A program made the translations under genes and the position numbers. From contig CAYWXG010000001.1 in NCBI GenBank assembly GCA_964462445.1, positions 11,874-75,873 of the forward strand: a stretch of 64,000 bases of DNA, read 5' to 3'. The notes beneath the pieces were generated by a model that saw only the letters and a list, made by a program, of their open reading frames with translations, ran no database searches and had not been told where the DNA came from. Below, piece after piece: positions 1 to 9,695 of the stretch. This stretch comes from an uncultured Barnesiella sp. Its GTDB lineage: Bacteria; Bacteroidota; Bacteroidia; Bacteroidales; Muribaculaceae. Each line of letters starts with the position of its first letter. The stretch's first letter is position 1.

Positions 1-249
1 TTGTTCTACGTGATGATACTTGTGCTTGGAGGTGTGGCTCTCGCATTGATGGGAATGCCATTGAAGGATGCGTATTTCTCTACAATATCCTGCATTGGCA
101 ATATAGGACTTGGTATGGGGGTTACAGAGCAGTCGTATGCAGCGGTGCCTGATGCCGGGAAGATGGTGTTGTCGTTTATAATGCTCGTAGGACGATTGGA
201 GATATTTACAGTAATTGTGTTGTTTTCGCGTCATTTTTGGCGAAGATGA
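1..249 (+). CDS. C-terminal fragment of a TrkH/KtrB-family K+ uptake membrane protein (5' end outside window)
   Basis: ORF is open at the window edge. Hydrophobic tail with a GNIGLG loop and MLVGRLEIFTV motif typical of TrkH C-termini. Confidence 0.6.
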   Translation: MFYVMILVLGGVALALMGMPLKDAYFSTISCIGNIGLGMGVTEQSYAAVPDAGKMVLSFIMLVGRLEIFTVIVLFSRHFWRR

Positions 250-296
250 AAAGAATGTAATTTTATCGAAAAAAATCGTATATCTAAAAATTTTAT

Positions 297-304
297 TATA
301 TTTG
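297..304 (+). promoter_or_regulatory. -7 box TATATTTG upstream of the cpsB-like gene
   Basis: TAnnTTTG match 37 nt upstream of the GTG at 341. Confidence 0.35.
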
Positions 305-340
305 CGTAGAAAAATATAACCATTTCAAACGTATAATTTC

Positions 341-1096
341 GTGTTCAAATTTTTTAGTAAACAGTCAGAAGAAGCGGCAAAATTGTTTTTCAAGACCGAT
401 ATTCATAGTCATGTAGTTCCGGGCATTGATGATGGTTCGCCATCGGTAGAGCGTTCATTGGAGCTAATCGCGCGAATGAAAAATTGGGGGCTTGAGAAGT
501 TGATTGTGACCCCACATGTCACTCAAGATACGTTTGAAAATACGCCGGAAATTATTAGTGAAGCGTATGGAAGGTTGCAAGCAGGGCTACAAGAATCCGG
601 GATAGAAATAGATATGGATTACTCGGCGGAGTATCGTATCGACGAGATGTTTGTAGAGCAGCTCGAGGGGGGAATTGTACGCCGACTTCATGGAGACTAT
701 TTGCTTGTTGAAAATTCATATATTCAAGAGCCTTACAATATCGATCAAATATTGTTTCAGGTGAGTATGAATGGATACCACCCGATACTTGCTCATCCGG
801 AGCGTTATATGTATTATTACAATAAGCCGAAGCGCTATGACGAGTTGCATAGCAATGGAATCTTGTTCCAGGTGAATTTGTTGAGTTTAGCCGGCTATTA
901 TGGGAAGGAGGCAAAGAAGGTAGCAGAAATGCTTATCGAAAAGGATTATGTAGATTATCTTGGGACAGATTTACATCGTAGAACGCATGTGGAAGTCATG
1001 GAGAAGTATCTACAGTCGAAGGACTATCGCCGTCACCGTGAAAAGCTCGAAGGACGCATTAAAAATGATGAAATGCGCGGTCTATCGGAGAAATAG
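341..1096 (+). CDS. Mn-dependent protein-tyrosine phosphatase, CpsB/YwqE (PHP) family; GTG start
   Basis: N-terminal DIHSHVVPGIDDGS, TPH and HPERY motifs match the CpsB/CapC-type PHP phosphatase pattern. 251 aa. Confidence 0.75.
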   Translation: MFKFFSKQSEEAAKLFFKTDIHSHVVPGIDDGSPSVERSLELIARMKNWGLEKLIVTPHVTQDTFENTPEIISEAYGRLQAGLQESGIEIDMDYSAEYRIDEMFVEQLEGGIVRRLHGDYLLVENSYIQEPYNIDQILFQVSMNGYHPILAHPERYMYYYNKPKRYDELHSNGILFQVNLLSLAGYYGKEAKKVAEMLIEKDYVDYLGTDLHRRTHVEVMEKYLQSKDYRRHREKLEGRIKNDEMRGLSEK

Positions 1097-1145
1097 CCGA
1101 CGCATCGTTGCAATTAAAGAAAATTGGATGGCGGTAAATGGGGAT

Positions 1146-2030
1146 TTATAGCCCTGAACCAATTACAAGCAGGGCAAGGCTTATCATTAGCAAAACCAAA
1201 TCGAATATTTTTGATTTCACATTCTTCTCGCGGAGAATCATCACTCCATAGAGGAACGGGATTATTACGCTCCCACGTCGAATCATGGAAACAATTGATA
1301 CCATCGAGCCGTCGATTGAGAGGGAATGAAAGTAGGCAAGGTCGGCAATCGTGAGGAATAGCGCAATGCAGGGTATAGTCCATCGCCATTGGAATTTATC
1401 GGCAGAGCCATTTTGACGGCGCATCAATGCTAAGAGCAGGATGCTCATTATGAAGCATTGGTAAAGGGAATACCAAGCTTGAACCTCGAGTGGGAGGTAG
1501 TTTTGAAGAAGATACTTGTCGAAAAGCGCGCTGACCGCACCGAGAATCATCGCTCCAATCGACATCCACAGCCATCGTGAATTTCGCAACGAGAACCCTT
1601 CTTTAGCTCCGATACGAGAGATGAAGTAGAGGGAAGCAAAACCGATAATAATGCCAATCCATTGAATGATGTTGAGGCGTTCGCCAAAGAGGCAAAGAGC
1701 TCCCACGAGTACGATTACCGGTCGGGTAGCGTTAATCGGCCCTTGAATGGTGAGCGGAAGGTGTTTGATAGCAAAATAGCCCAAAATCCAAGATGATAAT
1801 ACAATTATTGCTTTGATAAAGATGAGGCAGTGACCATAGAGAGTGTCCCCCAATCCGAAATGACCCGAGGAGAGGTTGGAAATAATGACCGGCGAAAGGT
1901 ATAAAGCGCCAAAGATGGTGTTGAGAAGTAGCACCATCAAAACATTGTTACTCTTTACTGATAATTTTTTAAATATGTCGTAGACGCCAAGGCATGTGGC
2001 TGAAAGTAGAGCCGGTAAAATCCATTCCAT
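1146..2030 (-). CDS. EamA/DMT-family transporter
   Basis: 294 aa with about 10 hydrophobic segments arranged as two similar halves. Confidence 0.65.
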   Translation of the reverse strand: MEWILPALLSATCLGVYDIFKKLSVKSNNVLMVLLLNTIFGALYLSPVIISNLSSGHFGLGDTLYGHCLIFIKAIIVLSSWILGYFAIKHLPLTIQGPINATRPVIVLVGALCLFGERLNIIQWIGIIIGFASLYFISRIGAKEGFSLRNSRWLWMSIGAMILGAVSALFDKYLLQNYLPLEVQAWYSLYQCFIMSILLLALMRRQNGSADKFQWRWTIPCIALFLTIADLAYFHSLSIDGSMVSIVSMIRRGSVIIPFLYGVMILREKNVKSKIFDLVLLMISLALLVIGSGL

Positions 2031-2038
2031 AGGCTATA

Positions 2039-2584
2039 TCAAGCTTCAGAAACGTTGTATACTACGCGATGAAGCAAAAGAGATGCCTTTGAGGGGGAAA
2101 TGTTAGGGTCGGTCGACATCAGCCATAGATGCACCGGGGGGAGATAAGAGTCGTAGGGAGGTTGAACATAGCTTCGGTCGATAACGTGAAATCCAAGACG
2201 TTGATACACGCTGACTCGACGCGCAGCTTGTGGGGATAGGTGCTCCGGCTCAACTTCCAAAAGAATGGGGCGCGGGGAGCATTGACGCTGCAAAATGCGA
2301 ATTGCCGCGCTACCAATTCCTTGGCTACGCATAGTGGGGTCAATTACGAAATGCTCTACATATAGAAAATTATCGAAGTTCCAAGTAGTAATAATGCCGC
2401 CGAGACGTTGACCGAGGAAAATGCCGGTGAGATTGAGCTTGCCATCGCAACGGGAAAGAATTTTATCCCAAGGGCGTTGCTCGGCAGGGGGAAATGCATC
2501 TAAATATATTTCTTTAGCGATGTTGAGGTCGCTGTCGGTAACGATAGGGGCGAGAGTTATTTTAGATTCTTCGATTGTAGTCAT
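2039..2584 (-). CDS. GNAT-family N-acetyltransferase
   Basis: 181 aa with a V..RSQGIGSA acetyl-CoA-binding motif (Q/RxxGxG/A). 8 nt downstream of the next gene. Confidence 0.7.
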   Translation of the reverse strand: MTTIEESKITLAPIVTDSDLNIAKEIYLDAFPPAEQRPWDKILSRCDGKLNLTGIFLGQRLGGIITTWNFDNFLYVEHFVIDPTMRSQGIGSAAIRILQRQCSPRPILLEVEPEHLSPQAARRVSVYQRLGFHVIDRSYVQPPYDSYLPPVHLWLMSTDPNISPSKASLLLHRVVYNVSEA

Positions 2585-2611
2585 TTCGTTTTACAGATGA
2601 AAAAATTGAGG

Positions 2612-3838
2612 TTATGCTTGTGGCGGATTGTTTTGGCGATAGGATAGTACAAGCGTAGCTGCACGAACATATCCGTCGTAGTAAGCATTGGGATTGTTGA
2701 CAATGCCAAGTAATTCCTCGGTTTCAAGTGCATTAATTTCGTTGACAAAAGCCGGAGCTTCGCGGTTGAAAAGTTCCATTGACGCAGCATCGAGCACTTC
2801 ATAGGCAAAGTCTTGAATATTGTCGTGAACGATGCTTAGAAGTTGCTCGTCGGAGTAGTCCTTAATCATTTCCCAAGCCTGGCGTTTGGTGAGTATTTTA
2901 GCAGCTTCATCAACAAAGGCTTTGTTGGTGTAGAGAGTAGGATTATTTACCACATTGTTAAGCTCCTGATCGCTCATGCCCATAAGGAGATTGCGCTGAG
3001 CGTCGGTAATTCCGTTAGATTGTTGAGCCGGTTGTGGCGCAGGATTATAGTTTTGAGGTGTGGGTGGCACCGGCGGAGTAGGGGGCACAGCAGAAATTTC
3101 TTTTGCATATATCTGAGGAGTTGGCTGTTCGATGTATGCGGGCTGCGAAGTGTATGAGTCGTTTTCAGACTCTTGGTAGCCTTTCTCAATTTCACGAGCA
3201 TCGGATATTGCACCCCACCAACCATTTACGCATAAAAGGATAAGTAAAAAAAGTAGAATGGCGGTAATGATAATTGCCGTATCGGTGTTAGAAGAGTATC
3301 CGTAATAGCCGTAGCTTCGTTTTATGAAAATTTTGAAAATCAACAGCATGATTAACGGGAAAACGGAAAGGAGAAAATACCCGTAAGATGCTCTTCCTAG
3401 AGCATGAAGAGATTTTACTGCCATTAATGTTCCAATTGCGAGAGGGAGATTGACAACGATTGTGATTAGTAAAATTATAAAGAAAGCATCAACATCGCCA
3501 TTCCCAAAACGTATGAACTTAGCTATTAAATCAGGTTCGATAACAGCGATTATTTGCAGAATGCCACCAATGATAATCCCCGGAATACAAAGAGCCAATC
3601 CTCCGGTTGAAACATTTAACTTTTTTGCATTATTTAAAGCACCAATGATGCATACTGCCCAGACAATGCATCCGATAAATTGTAATATTATTATTGCTAT
3701 TCCAAGGCTTTCGCTTCCGCCTTTGAAAATTTCGAAAATAGCTAATAGCATAATAACTGCAATCGGGAGCATGGCGAGGGAGGCTCCGAAAGCTGCACCT
3801 GTAAGATTGCCGCTGATTTTTGGCGTGGTTTGGTTCAT
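2612..3838 (-). CDS. Polytopic membrane protein of unknown function with Pro-rich linker and three C-terminal repeats
   Basis: 408 aa. N-terminal half has multiple TM segments, followed by a PPTPPVPPTPQ linker and three ~33-aa repeats (sD.ELl.iV.NP..Y....AA..L..R). Confidence 0.6.
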   Translation of the reverse strand: MNQTTPKISGNLTGAAFGASLAMLPIAVIMLLAIFEIFKGGSESLGIAIIILQFIGCIVWAVCIIGALNNAKKLNVSTGGLALCIPGIIIGGILQIIAVIEPDLIAKFIRFGNGDVDAFFIILLITIVVNLPLAIGTLMAVKSLHALGRASYGYFLLSVFPLIMLLIFKIFIKRSYGYYGYSSNTDTAIIITAILLFLLILLCVNGWWGAISDAREIEKGYQESENDSYTSQPAYIEQPTPQIYAKEISAVPPTPPVPPTPQNYNPAPQPAQQSNGITDAQRNLLMGMSDQELNNVVNNPTLYTNKAFVDEAAKILTKRQAWEMIKDYSDEQLLSIVHDNIQDFAYEVLDAASMELFNREAPAFVNEINALETEELLGIVNNPNAYYDGYVRAATLVLSYRQNNPPQA

Positions 3839-3850
3839 GGGATTATAGTT

Positions 3851-5311
3851 TTATGAGTTAAAATTAGATGCTGTTTTAGAAAAAAGGCGATACCAGCGCA
3901 TGAACATTGCGAGGAATGCTAAAGTGATGATGCCCGAAATAATAATTGCCGTGTTGATGGGTAGTCCGACCCCATCCATAGGTTGCCCAAGAGGAGCAAA
4001 TAGGATGTAGCTGAAGCATACCATAGTCATGAACATGGCAGGGAATATGGTAATATAGAAATTTTTGCGACGACGTGCGAGGTAGACCGTTATCGCCCAC
4101 AAAGTGAACACAGAGAGAGTCTGGTTGCTCCATGCGAAGTATCTCCAAAGCACTGTAAAGTCAATCTGCATCAGTAGAAATGCGATAACAATGATTGGTA
4201 GAGTGACTAAAAGGCGTCGCACGATGGTAGATTGGCTTATAGAGAAAGAGTCGGCAATAATAAGTCGAGCCGAACGCATGGCAGTGTCGCCGGTAGTAAT
4301 TGGGGCGGCAATAACACCAAGAATAGCGAGAAGACCGCCAACCGAGCCAAGCCAATTGTGGCAAACTGTATCGACGAGCACTCCGGCTTCATTGTTGTTG
4401 GCTGCAAGGAATTTAGCAATGCCCTCAAATGAACCGCAGAAAGCGACAGCAGCGGCAGCCCAAATCAAAGCAACGATACCTTCCGCTACCATAGCGCCAT
4501 AGAACACCGGGCGGGCCATTTTTTCGTTTTTCAAGCAGCGAGCCATCATAGGAGATTGAGTGGCGTGGAAGCCGGAAATAGCACCGCAAGCGATAGATAC
4601 AAACATCATGGGGAATAGAGGGGCATTGTCGGGGTTGGCATGTCGATTCGCAAACCCTTCGCTAATGTCGACGGGAATATCAACTCCGCTGAATAGAAGG
4701 TAGCCCAAAATGCCGACAGCCATAATGAGAAGGGCAAAACCGAAAACAGGATATAGCTTGCCGATAAGTTTGTCGATTGGGAGCAGAGTAGCGAGGATGT
4801 AATAAATGAAAATGACGACGGTCCAGAAAGTTACGTCGAGATGTTCAGGAGTGAGATTGGCAAGTAGCCCGGCGGGAGTCGTAACGAAAACCGCAACCAC
4901 CATAATCAGTAGGAATACGGTGAAGAATCCCATTACGGCTTGCACTTTTTTGCCAAGTTCCATCCCCACAATCTGAGGCAATGATTTACCATTGTTTCGG
5001 AGCGAAATCATTGCGGAAATAAAGTCGTGGACAGCGCCGCCGAAAATAGTACCGAGCGCAATCCAAAGGAAAGCCGCCGGCCCATACATAGCCCCCATTA
5101 TAGCTCCGAAAATAGGACCAATACCAGCGATATTTAGGAATTGTATAAGGAAAACTTTCCAAGTAGGGAGAGGTACGTAGTCGACGCCGTCGGGGTGTTC
5201 TACCGCCGGAGTCAGGCGCTTCGGCTCGATAGCAAAAATCCGTTCAACAAATAAACCATAAATGAAGTAACCTCCGATTAGAACTGCTAATGCTATTAAA
5301 AAAGGAGTCAT
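3851..5311 (-). CDS. cstA: Carbon starvation protein A (peptide/pyruvate transporter family)
   Basis: 486 aa polytopic protein. The N-terminus (MTPFLIALAVLIGGYFIYG..ERIF) and overall pattern are typical of CstA. Confidence 0.85.
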   Translation of the reverse strand: MTPFLIALAVLIGGYFIYGLFVERIFAIEPKRLTPAVEHPDGVDYVPLPTWKVFLIQFLNIAGIGPIFGAIMGAMYGPAAFLWIALGTIFGGAVHDFISAMISLRNNGKSLPQIVGMELGKKVQAVMGFFTVFLLIMVVAVFVTTPAGLLANLTPEHLDVTFWTVVIFIYYILATLLPIDKLIGKLYPVFGFALLIMAVGILGYLLFSGVDIPVDISEGFANRHANPDNAPLFPMMFVSIACGAISGFHATQSPMMARCLKNEKMARPVFYGAMVAEGIVALIWAAAAVAFCGSFEGIAKFLAANNNEAGVLVDTVCHNWLGSVGGLLAILGVIAAPITTGDTAMRSARLIIADSFSISQSTIVRRLLVTLPIIVIAFLLMQIDFTVLWRYFAWSNQTLSVFTLWAITVYLARRRKNFYITIFPAMFMTMVCFSYILFAPLGQPMDGVGLPINTAIIISGIITLAFLAMFMRWYRLFSKTASNFNS

Positions 5312-5350
5312 GTTATTGACGCGTTAATTTGAATGTAATTATAATGATGC

Positions 5351-5358
5351 CAAATATA
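5351..5358 (-). promoter_or_regulatory. -7 box (TATATTTG on minus strand) upstream of cstA
   Basis: Plus-strand CAAATATA, 40 nt upstream of the start at 5311. Divergent from the neuC promoter. Confidence 0.4.
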
Positions 5359-5390
5359 CAAAATTATAGGAATTAACACAAAAAAATAAT

Positions 5391-5398
5391 TAAATTTG
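5391..5398 (+). promoter_or_regulatory. -7 box TAAATTTG upstream of neuC
   Basis: TAnnTTTG match 31 nt upstream of the ATG at 5429. Confidence 0.4.
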
Positions 5399-5428
5399 TG
5401 GTATTCTAAATAGAGTTGAGCTCAAGAG

Positions 5429-6598
5429 ATGAACGAGGAAAAGAAACGACATATAGCAATAGTCAGTTCGACACGCGCCGATTGGGGCTTATTGTCGCCT
5501 GTGGCGAAAGCATTGCAACAGCGAGAAGATGTAGAAGTTAGCGTCATAGCTACGAATATGCATCTCGATGCATCGCGTGGCATGACTATAAATGAGATAC
5601 GTGCTGATGGTTTTGAACCGATAGCGCAAGTAGCAATGAGTTATAAGTCGGATGGCGAAGTCGATACTGCAGAGGCTATGGGCGTTCATTTGTCGGACAT
5701 GGCAAAGGTGTTGGGAAGAATTCGCCCGGATATATTGTTGCTACTTGGCGACAGATTTGAAATGCTTGCAGTGGCTTCAGCTGCAACAATGTTGCATATC
5801 CCGATAGCTCACATCTCGGGAGGGGAGATAACGATGGGTGCGATTGATGATAATATACGTCATGCTATCAGTAAGTTATCATCATTGCATTTTGCTACTA
5901 CCGAAAAGCATCGCAGTCGACTTATTGCGATGGGGGAACAGCCTGAAAATGTGGTAAATACCGGAGCGTTAGGAGTGTGGAATATGACGCATGCCGAAAT
6001 GCATGACCGAGATGAGTTGGAGCGTTCTTTGGGCTTTAGTTTTGAAGGGAAAACTTTATTGGTCACATATCATCCGGCAACAAATGATAAAGTGGCTCCC
6101 GCGGAGCGATTTGGCGCGTTACTTGAAGCCATGGACAGGCATAGTGATTGCAAAGTAATAATTACCTATCCCAACAATGACCCTAATAGTGCCGAGATAA
6201 TTGCGATGATAGAGCGCTATGCACAGCGTCGAGGCGAAGAAGTGCTTGCTGTGCCATCGTTGGGGGCATTACGTTATCGCTCAGCATTGCAATATGTGTC
6301 GGCTGTAGTTGGGAACTCATCGAGTGGGGTTGTGGAAGTGCCGTCGGCAGGAATCCCGGTTGTTAATATCGGAATACGTCAGCAGGGACGCACTGTTTCG
6401 CCGGCAGTGATACATTGTGGCGACGATGTAGACTCTATTGATGAAGCAATATCACAAGCATTATCAGAAGAGGTGAAATTTAGGGCCAAGACGACACCGA
6501 ATCCCTATCAGCAAGAGGGTACGGTGGATATGATAGTAGATAGATTGGTGAATTGTGATATAACACAGCTTTTGCCGAAAAAATTTTATGATATATGA
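5429..6598 (+). CDS. neuC: UDP-N-acetylglucosamine 2-epimerase (hydrolysing), NeuC/LegG-like
   Basis: 389 aa with SSTRADWGLL, GDRFE and HISGGE motifs of NeuC-type epimerases. Confidence 0.85.
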   Translation: MNEEKKRHIAIVSSTRADWGLLSPVAKALQQREDVEVSVIATNMHLDASRGMTINEIRADGFEPIAQVAMSYKSDGEVDTAEAMGVHLSDMAKVLGRIRPDILLLLGDRFEMLAVASAATMLHIPIAHISGGEITMGAIDDNIRHAISKLSSLHFATTEKHRSRLIAMGEQPENVVNTGALGVWNMTHAEMHDRDELERSLGFSFEGKTLLVTYHPATNDKVAPAERFGALLEAMDRHSDCKVIITYPNNDPNSAEIIAMIERYAQRRGEEVLAVPSLGALRYRSALQYVSAVVGNSSSGVVEVPSAGIPVVNIGIRQQGRTVSPAVIHCGDDVDSIDEAISQALSEEVKFRAKTTPNPYQQEGTVDMIVDRLVNCDITQLLPKKFYDI

Positions 6599-7281
6599 CA
6601 CCATTGATAATAATTCCGGCTCGAGGAGGAAGTAAAGGAATTCCAAAGAAAAATATAGTAGAGTTGGCAGGGCGGCCGCTTATCGATTACACGATACAGG
6701 CGGCACTTAAGGTCGCGCCTGTCGACCATATTATATTGTCGACCGATTCAGAAGAGATAGTGACTGTGGCAGAGCGGTGCGGATTGCCGGTGGCATATCG
6801 TAGACCGGCAGCATTGGCCACAGATACTGCGGGTTCGCGAGAGGTGATACTTGATGCAATGGATTGGGCTGATAATCAAGGTATAAGATATGATGCCACA
6901 GTGTTGTTGCAACCGACTTCTCCCCTTCGAGTGGCAGAAGATATATTGGGGGCAATGTCGAAATATACACCGGATATAGACATGGTGGTAAGCGTAGCAG
7001 AGGCTCGTTGCAATCCCTATTACAACTGTTTTGAAACCGATGAGACAGGATATTTGAAAATCAGTAAGGGGGAGGGACAATATACCCGACGTCAAGATGT
7101 ACCACCGGTGTATGAATACAATGGTGCGGTATATGTAATTAATCCGCAGAGTATCAGAAAGATGACACTTGGGGGCTTCCCTCGTAGGGTCCCCTATCTA
7201 ATGCCGGCAGAGCGGTCGATAGATATCGATGCCCCGGTAGATTTATTGGTAGCAGAGCATTTGCTCGTCAAGGAGTTGTAA
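6595..7281 (+). CDS. neuA: Acylneuraminate (nonulosonate) cytidylyltransferase, NeuA/LegF-like
   Basis: IIPARGGSKGIPKKN N-terminal motif. 228 aa. ATGA overlap with the upstream gene. Confidence 0.8.
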   Translation: MTPLIIIPARGGSKGIPKKNIVELAGRPLIDYTIQAALKVAPVDHIILSTDSEEIVTVAERCGLPVAYRRPAALATDTAGSREVILDAMDWADNQGIRYDATVLLQPTSPLRVAEDILGAMSKYTPDIDMVVSVAEARCNPYYNCFETDETGYLKISKGEGQYTRRQDVPPVYEYNGAVYVINPQSIRKMTLGGFPRRVPYLMPAERSIDIDAPVDLLVAEHLLVKEL

Positions 7282-7339
7282 ATGACTATATTGTCAATAT
7301 TTTCCTAAACGGGGAAAAAGTTGTAAATTTGTCAAAGAA

Positions 7340-8398
7340 ATGCAAAAGATAGAACGACATATTATAAAATCGACAGCGGAAATCAAATCGGCGGTTGAAA
7401 GATTGAATCTCTTATCGGGAGATGCGATGACACTCGTTGTGGTGGATAGCGAAAATCGTCCGGTAGGTACGATAACTGATGGAGATATCCGAAGAGCGAT
7501 ATTGCGCGAAGTGGACTTTAGTGATAAAGTCGACAAGGTGATGAATGTGAAATTTCGCTCGGTGAGCCGAAATAAGGTAGATGTAGGCTACATAAAGGAG
7601 ATTAGAAATCAGGGAATCAGATTATTGCCTGTGGTAGATGAAACGGGGCGCCTTGTAGAAATATTAGATTTGAAGAAGGTGAAGTCGCTGTTGCCGATTA
7701 GTGCATTGATAATGGCAGGCGGCAAAGGGGAACGATTGCGTCCGATGACGCTTACGACCCCCAAACCGTTGCTCACAATCGAAGGAAAAGCTATAATCGA
7801 TTATAATATTGAGGCTTTGGCATCGGTGGGAGTGGATAATGTCGTTGTAAGTACGGCATATTTGGCAGAACAACTTGATGCGCATTTTGCCCAACCGGTA
7901 GCCGGAATTCAAGTGGAAACAATACGCGAGGAGCAGCCACGAGGCACGATAGGAGCGCTTGCCGATGCAATGCCTATGCTTAAAAATGACACCTTGTTGG
8001 TTATGAATTCCGATTTGTTGACGGATATATCGCTTGAAGAGATGTATATGCATCACCAGCAAGAAGGCGCGGATATCACAGTAGCCGCAATCCCGTATAC
8101 TGTTTCAGTGCCGTATGCTATATTATCAACAGAGGGTAGTTGTATAACTTCGTTGGAAGAGAAACCGACCTATTCGTTGTATGCAAATGGTGGGATATAT
8201 ATGACGACGAAAGAAGTGGCGCAGATGGTGCCATCGGATAGACGATATGATGCAACTGATTTCATAGAGGAGGCACTTGCAAAGGGGTTCAAAGTGGTGT
8301 ATTTCCCGATAAACGGTACGTGGATAGATGTGGGTACACCATCAGATTTCCGTCATGCAACTGAAATCATGAAATATCACGGAGGGAAAGCCAAATAA
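7340..8398 (+). CDS. CBS-pair plus sugar-phosphate nucleotidyltransferase (PtmE-like)
   Basis: N-terminal CBS-like segments (GTITDGDIRRA, LLPVVDETGRL) followed by the MAGGKGERLRPMT nucleotidyltransferase motif. Confidence 0.7.
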   Translation: MQKIERHIIKSTAEIKSAVERLNLLSGDAMTLVVVDSENRPVGTITDGDIRRAILREVDFSDKVDKVMNVKFRSVSRNKVDVGYIKEIRNQGIRLLPVVDETGRLVEILDLKKVKSLLPISALIMAGGKGERLRPMTLTTPKPLLTIEGKAIIDYNIEALASVGVDNVVVSTAYLAEQLDAHFAQPVAGIQVETIREEQPRGTIGALADAMPMLKNDTLLVMNSDLLTDISLEEMYMHHQQEGADITVAAIPYTVSVPYAILSTEGSCITSLEEKPTYSLYANGGIYMTTKEVAQMVPSDRRYDATDFIEEALAKGFKVVYFPINGTWIDVGTPSDFRHATEIMKYHGGKAK

Positions 8399-8480
8399 AC
8401 TTTAGGTATTAACTCCACCATTGAGATAGATATTAAATTGTAGAATAGGGATTTTTAATCTCTTTAAATAAAGAAGTTTT

Positions 8481-9695
8481 ATGGCGGAATCGAATTTTAT
8501 AGATTATGTGAAAATATTGTGCCGGTCGGGAAAAGGAGGAGCCGGCTCACGCCATTTTTATCGAGCAAAATATGTTCCCAAAGGAGGCCCTGACGGAGGT
8601 GATGGCGGTCGTGGGGGTCATATTATACTGAAAGGAGACCGCAATATGTGGACGCTGTTGCCATTGCGTTATCGTAGGCATATTTATGCCGGCAACGGAC
8701 AGAGTGGTTCGGGCGGTCGTAGTTTTGGGAAAGATGGGGAAGATGTTGTAATAACAGTGCCCTGCGGAACCGTTGTCTATGATGCAGATAGTGGAGAATA
8801 TCTCTGCGAGGTGACAGAAGATGGTCAAGAAATCAAATTGTTGCGCGGCGGTCGCGGCGGTCTTGGTAATTGGCACTTTAAGTCGGCAACTAATCGCACC
8901 CCTCGCTATGCCCAACCGGGCGAACCGGCGATAGAAAAGAGTGTGGTTTTGGAGCTCAAATTGCTTGGCGACGTTGGTTTGGTCGGGTTCCCGAATGCCG
9001 GAAAATCGACATTGTTGTCGTCGGTGTCGGAGGCTCGACCTAAGATAGCCGACTATCCCTTTACAACAATGGAACCGCAGCTCGGAATTGTAGCTTATCG
9101 TGGCGGTCGCTCGTTTGTTATGGCCGATATCCCCGGTATTATAGAGGGAGCAAGCGAAGGACGAGGACTCGGGTTGCGATTTTTGCGTCATATAGAGCGT
9201 AATGCAGTGTTATTGTTTATGGTACCGGCCGATGCTGATGATATCACAGAGCAATACCGAGTATTGGTAAGGGAGGTGGAACAATTTAATCCGCAGTTGG
9301 CAGATAAGCCCCGCGTATTGGCAGTCACAAAAAGCGATATGCTTGACGATGAACTGATTGAGGAGATTTCGAAGACTCTGCCGGATGAGTTGCCTACGGT
9401 GTTTATTTCGTCGGTGACCGGACAAGGATTGGTGGAGCTGAAAGATGTTCTATGGTCGGCAATAATTGATGATAGAAATCGCATTGAACCGACGCCTATT
9501 ACTCACCGACCGCTTGATATTCGTCACCGTGTGCAGGAAGAAGATGAGTTCATCTTTGAGCCGACACCTATCGATGACGATGATTTCTTCGAAGAAGAGG
9601 ACTGGGACGAAATCGGATGGGAATACGGCGACGAAGATATCTCTACCGATGAATCCGATGTCGCGGATGAAGATGATGGAAATACTGAAGCTTGA
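8481..9695 (+). CDS. obg: GTPase Obg/CgtA with acidic C-terminal extension
   Basis: Gly-rich Obg fold (GGDGGRGG), G1 [10 protein letters not shown]3 DIPG and G4 TKSD. 404 aa. Confidence 0.95.
   Translation: MAESNFIDYVKILCRSGKGGAGSRHFYRAKYVPKGGPDGGDGGRGGHIILKGDRNMWTLLPLRYRRHIYAGNGQSGSGGRSFGKDGEDVVITVPCGTVVYDADSGEYLCEVTEDGQEIKLLRGGRGGLGNWHFKSATNRTPRYAQPGEPAIEKSVVLELKLLGDVGLVGFPNAGKSTLLSSVSEARPKIADYPFTTMEPQLGIVAYRGGRSFVMADIPGIIEGASEGRGLGLRFLRHIERNAVLLFMVPADADDITEQYRVLVREVEQFNPQLADKPRVLAVTKSDMLDDELIEEISKTLPDELPTVFISSVTGQGLVELKDVLWSAIIDDRNRIEPTPITHRPLDIRHRVQEEDEFIFEPTPIDDDDFFEEEDWDEIGWEYGDEDISTDESDVADEDDGNTEA

Noticed and set aside
8547-9191. 214-aa ORF antisense to obg, plus 9188-9761 minus-strand ORFs
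   Set aside because: These are shadow ORFs inside obg/pgeF. Their composition (S/R/C-rich) is atypical for real proteins.
9466-9675. Upstream extension of the pgeF ORF to 9466
   Set aside because: The extension lies out of frame within obg and encodes non-conserved sequence. The YfiH-like sequence begins at [11 protein letters not shown].
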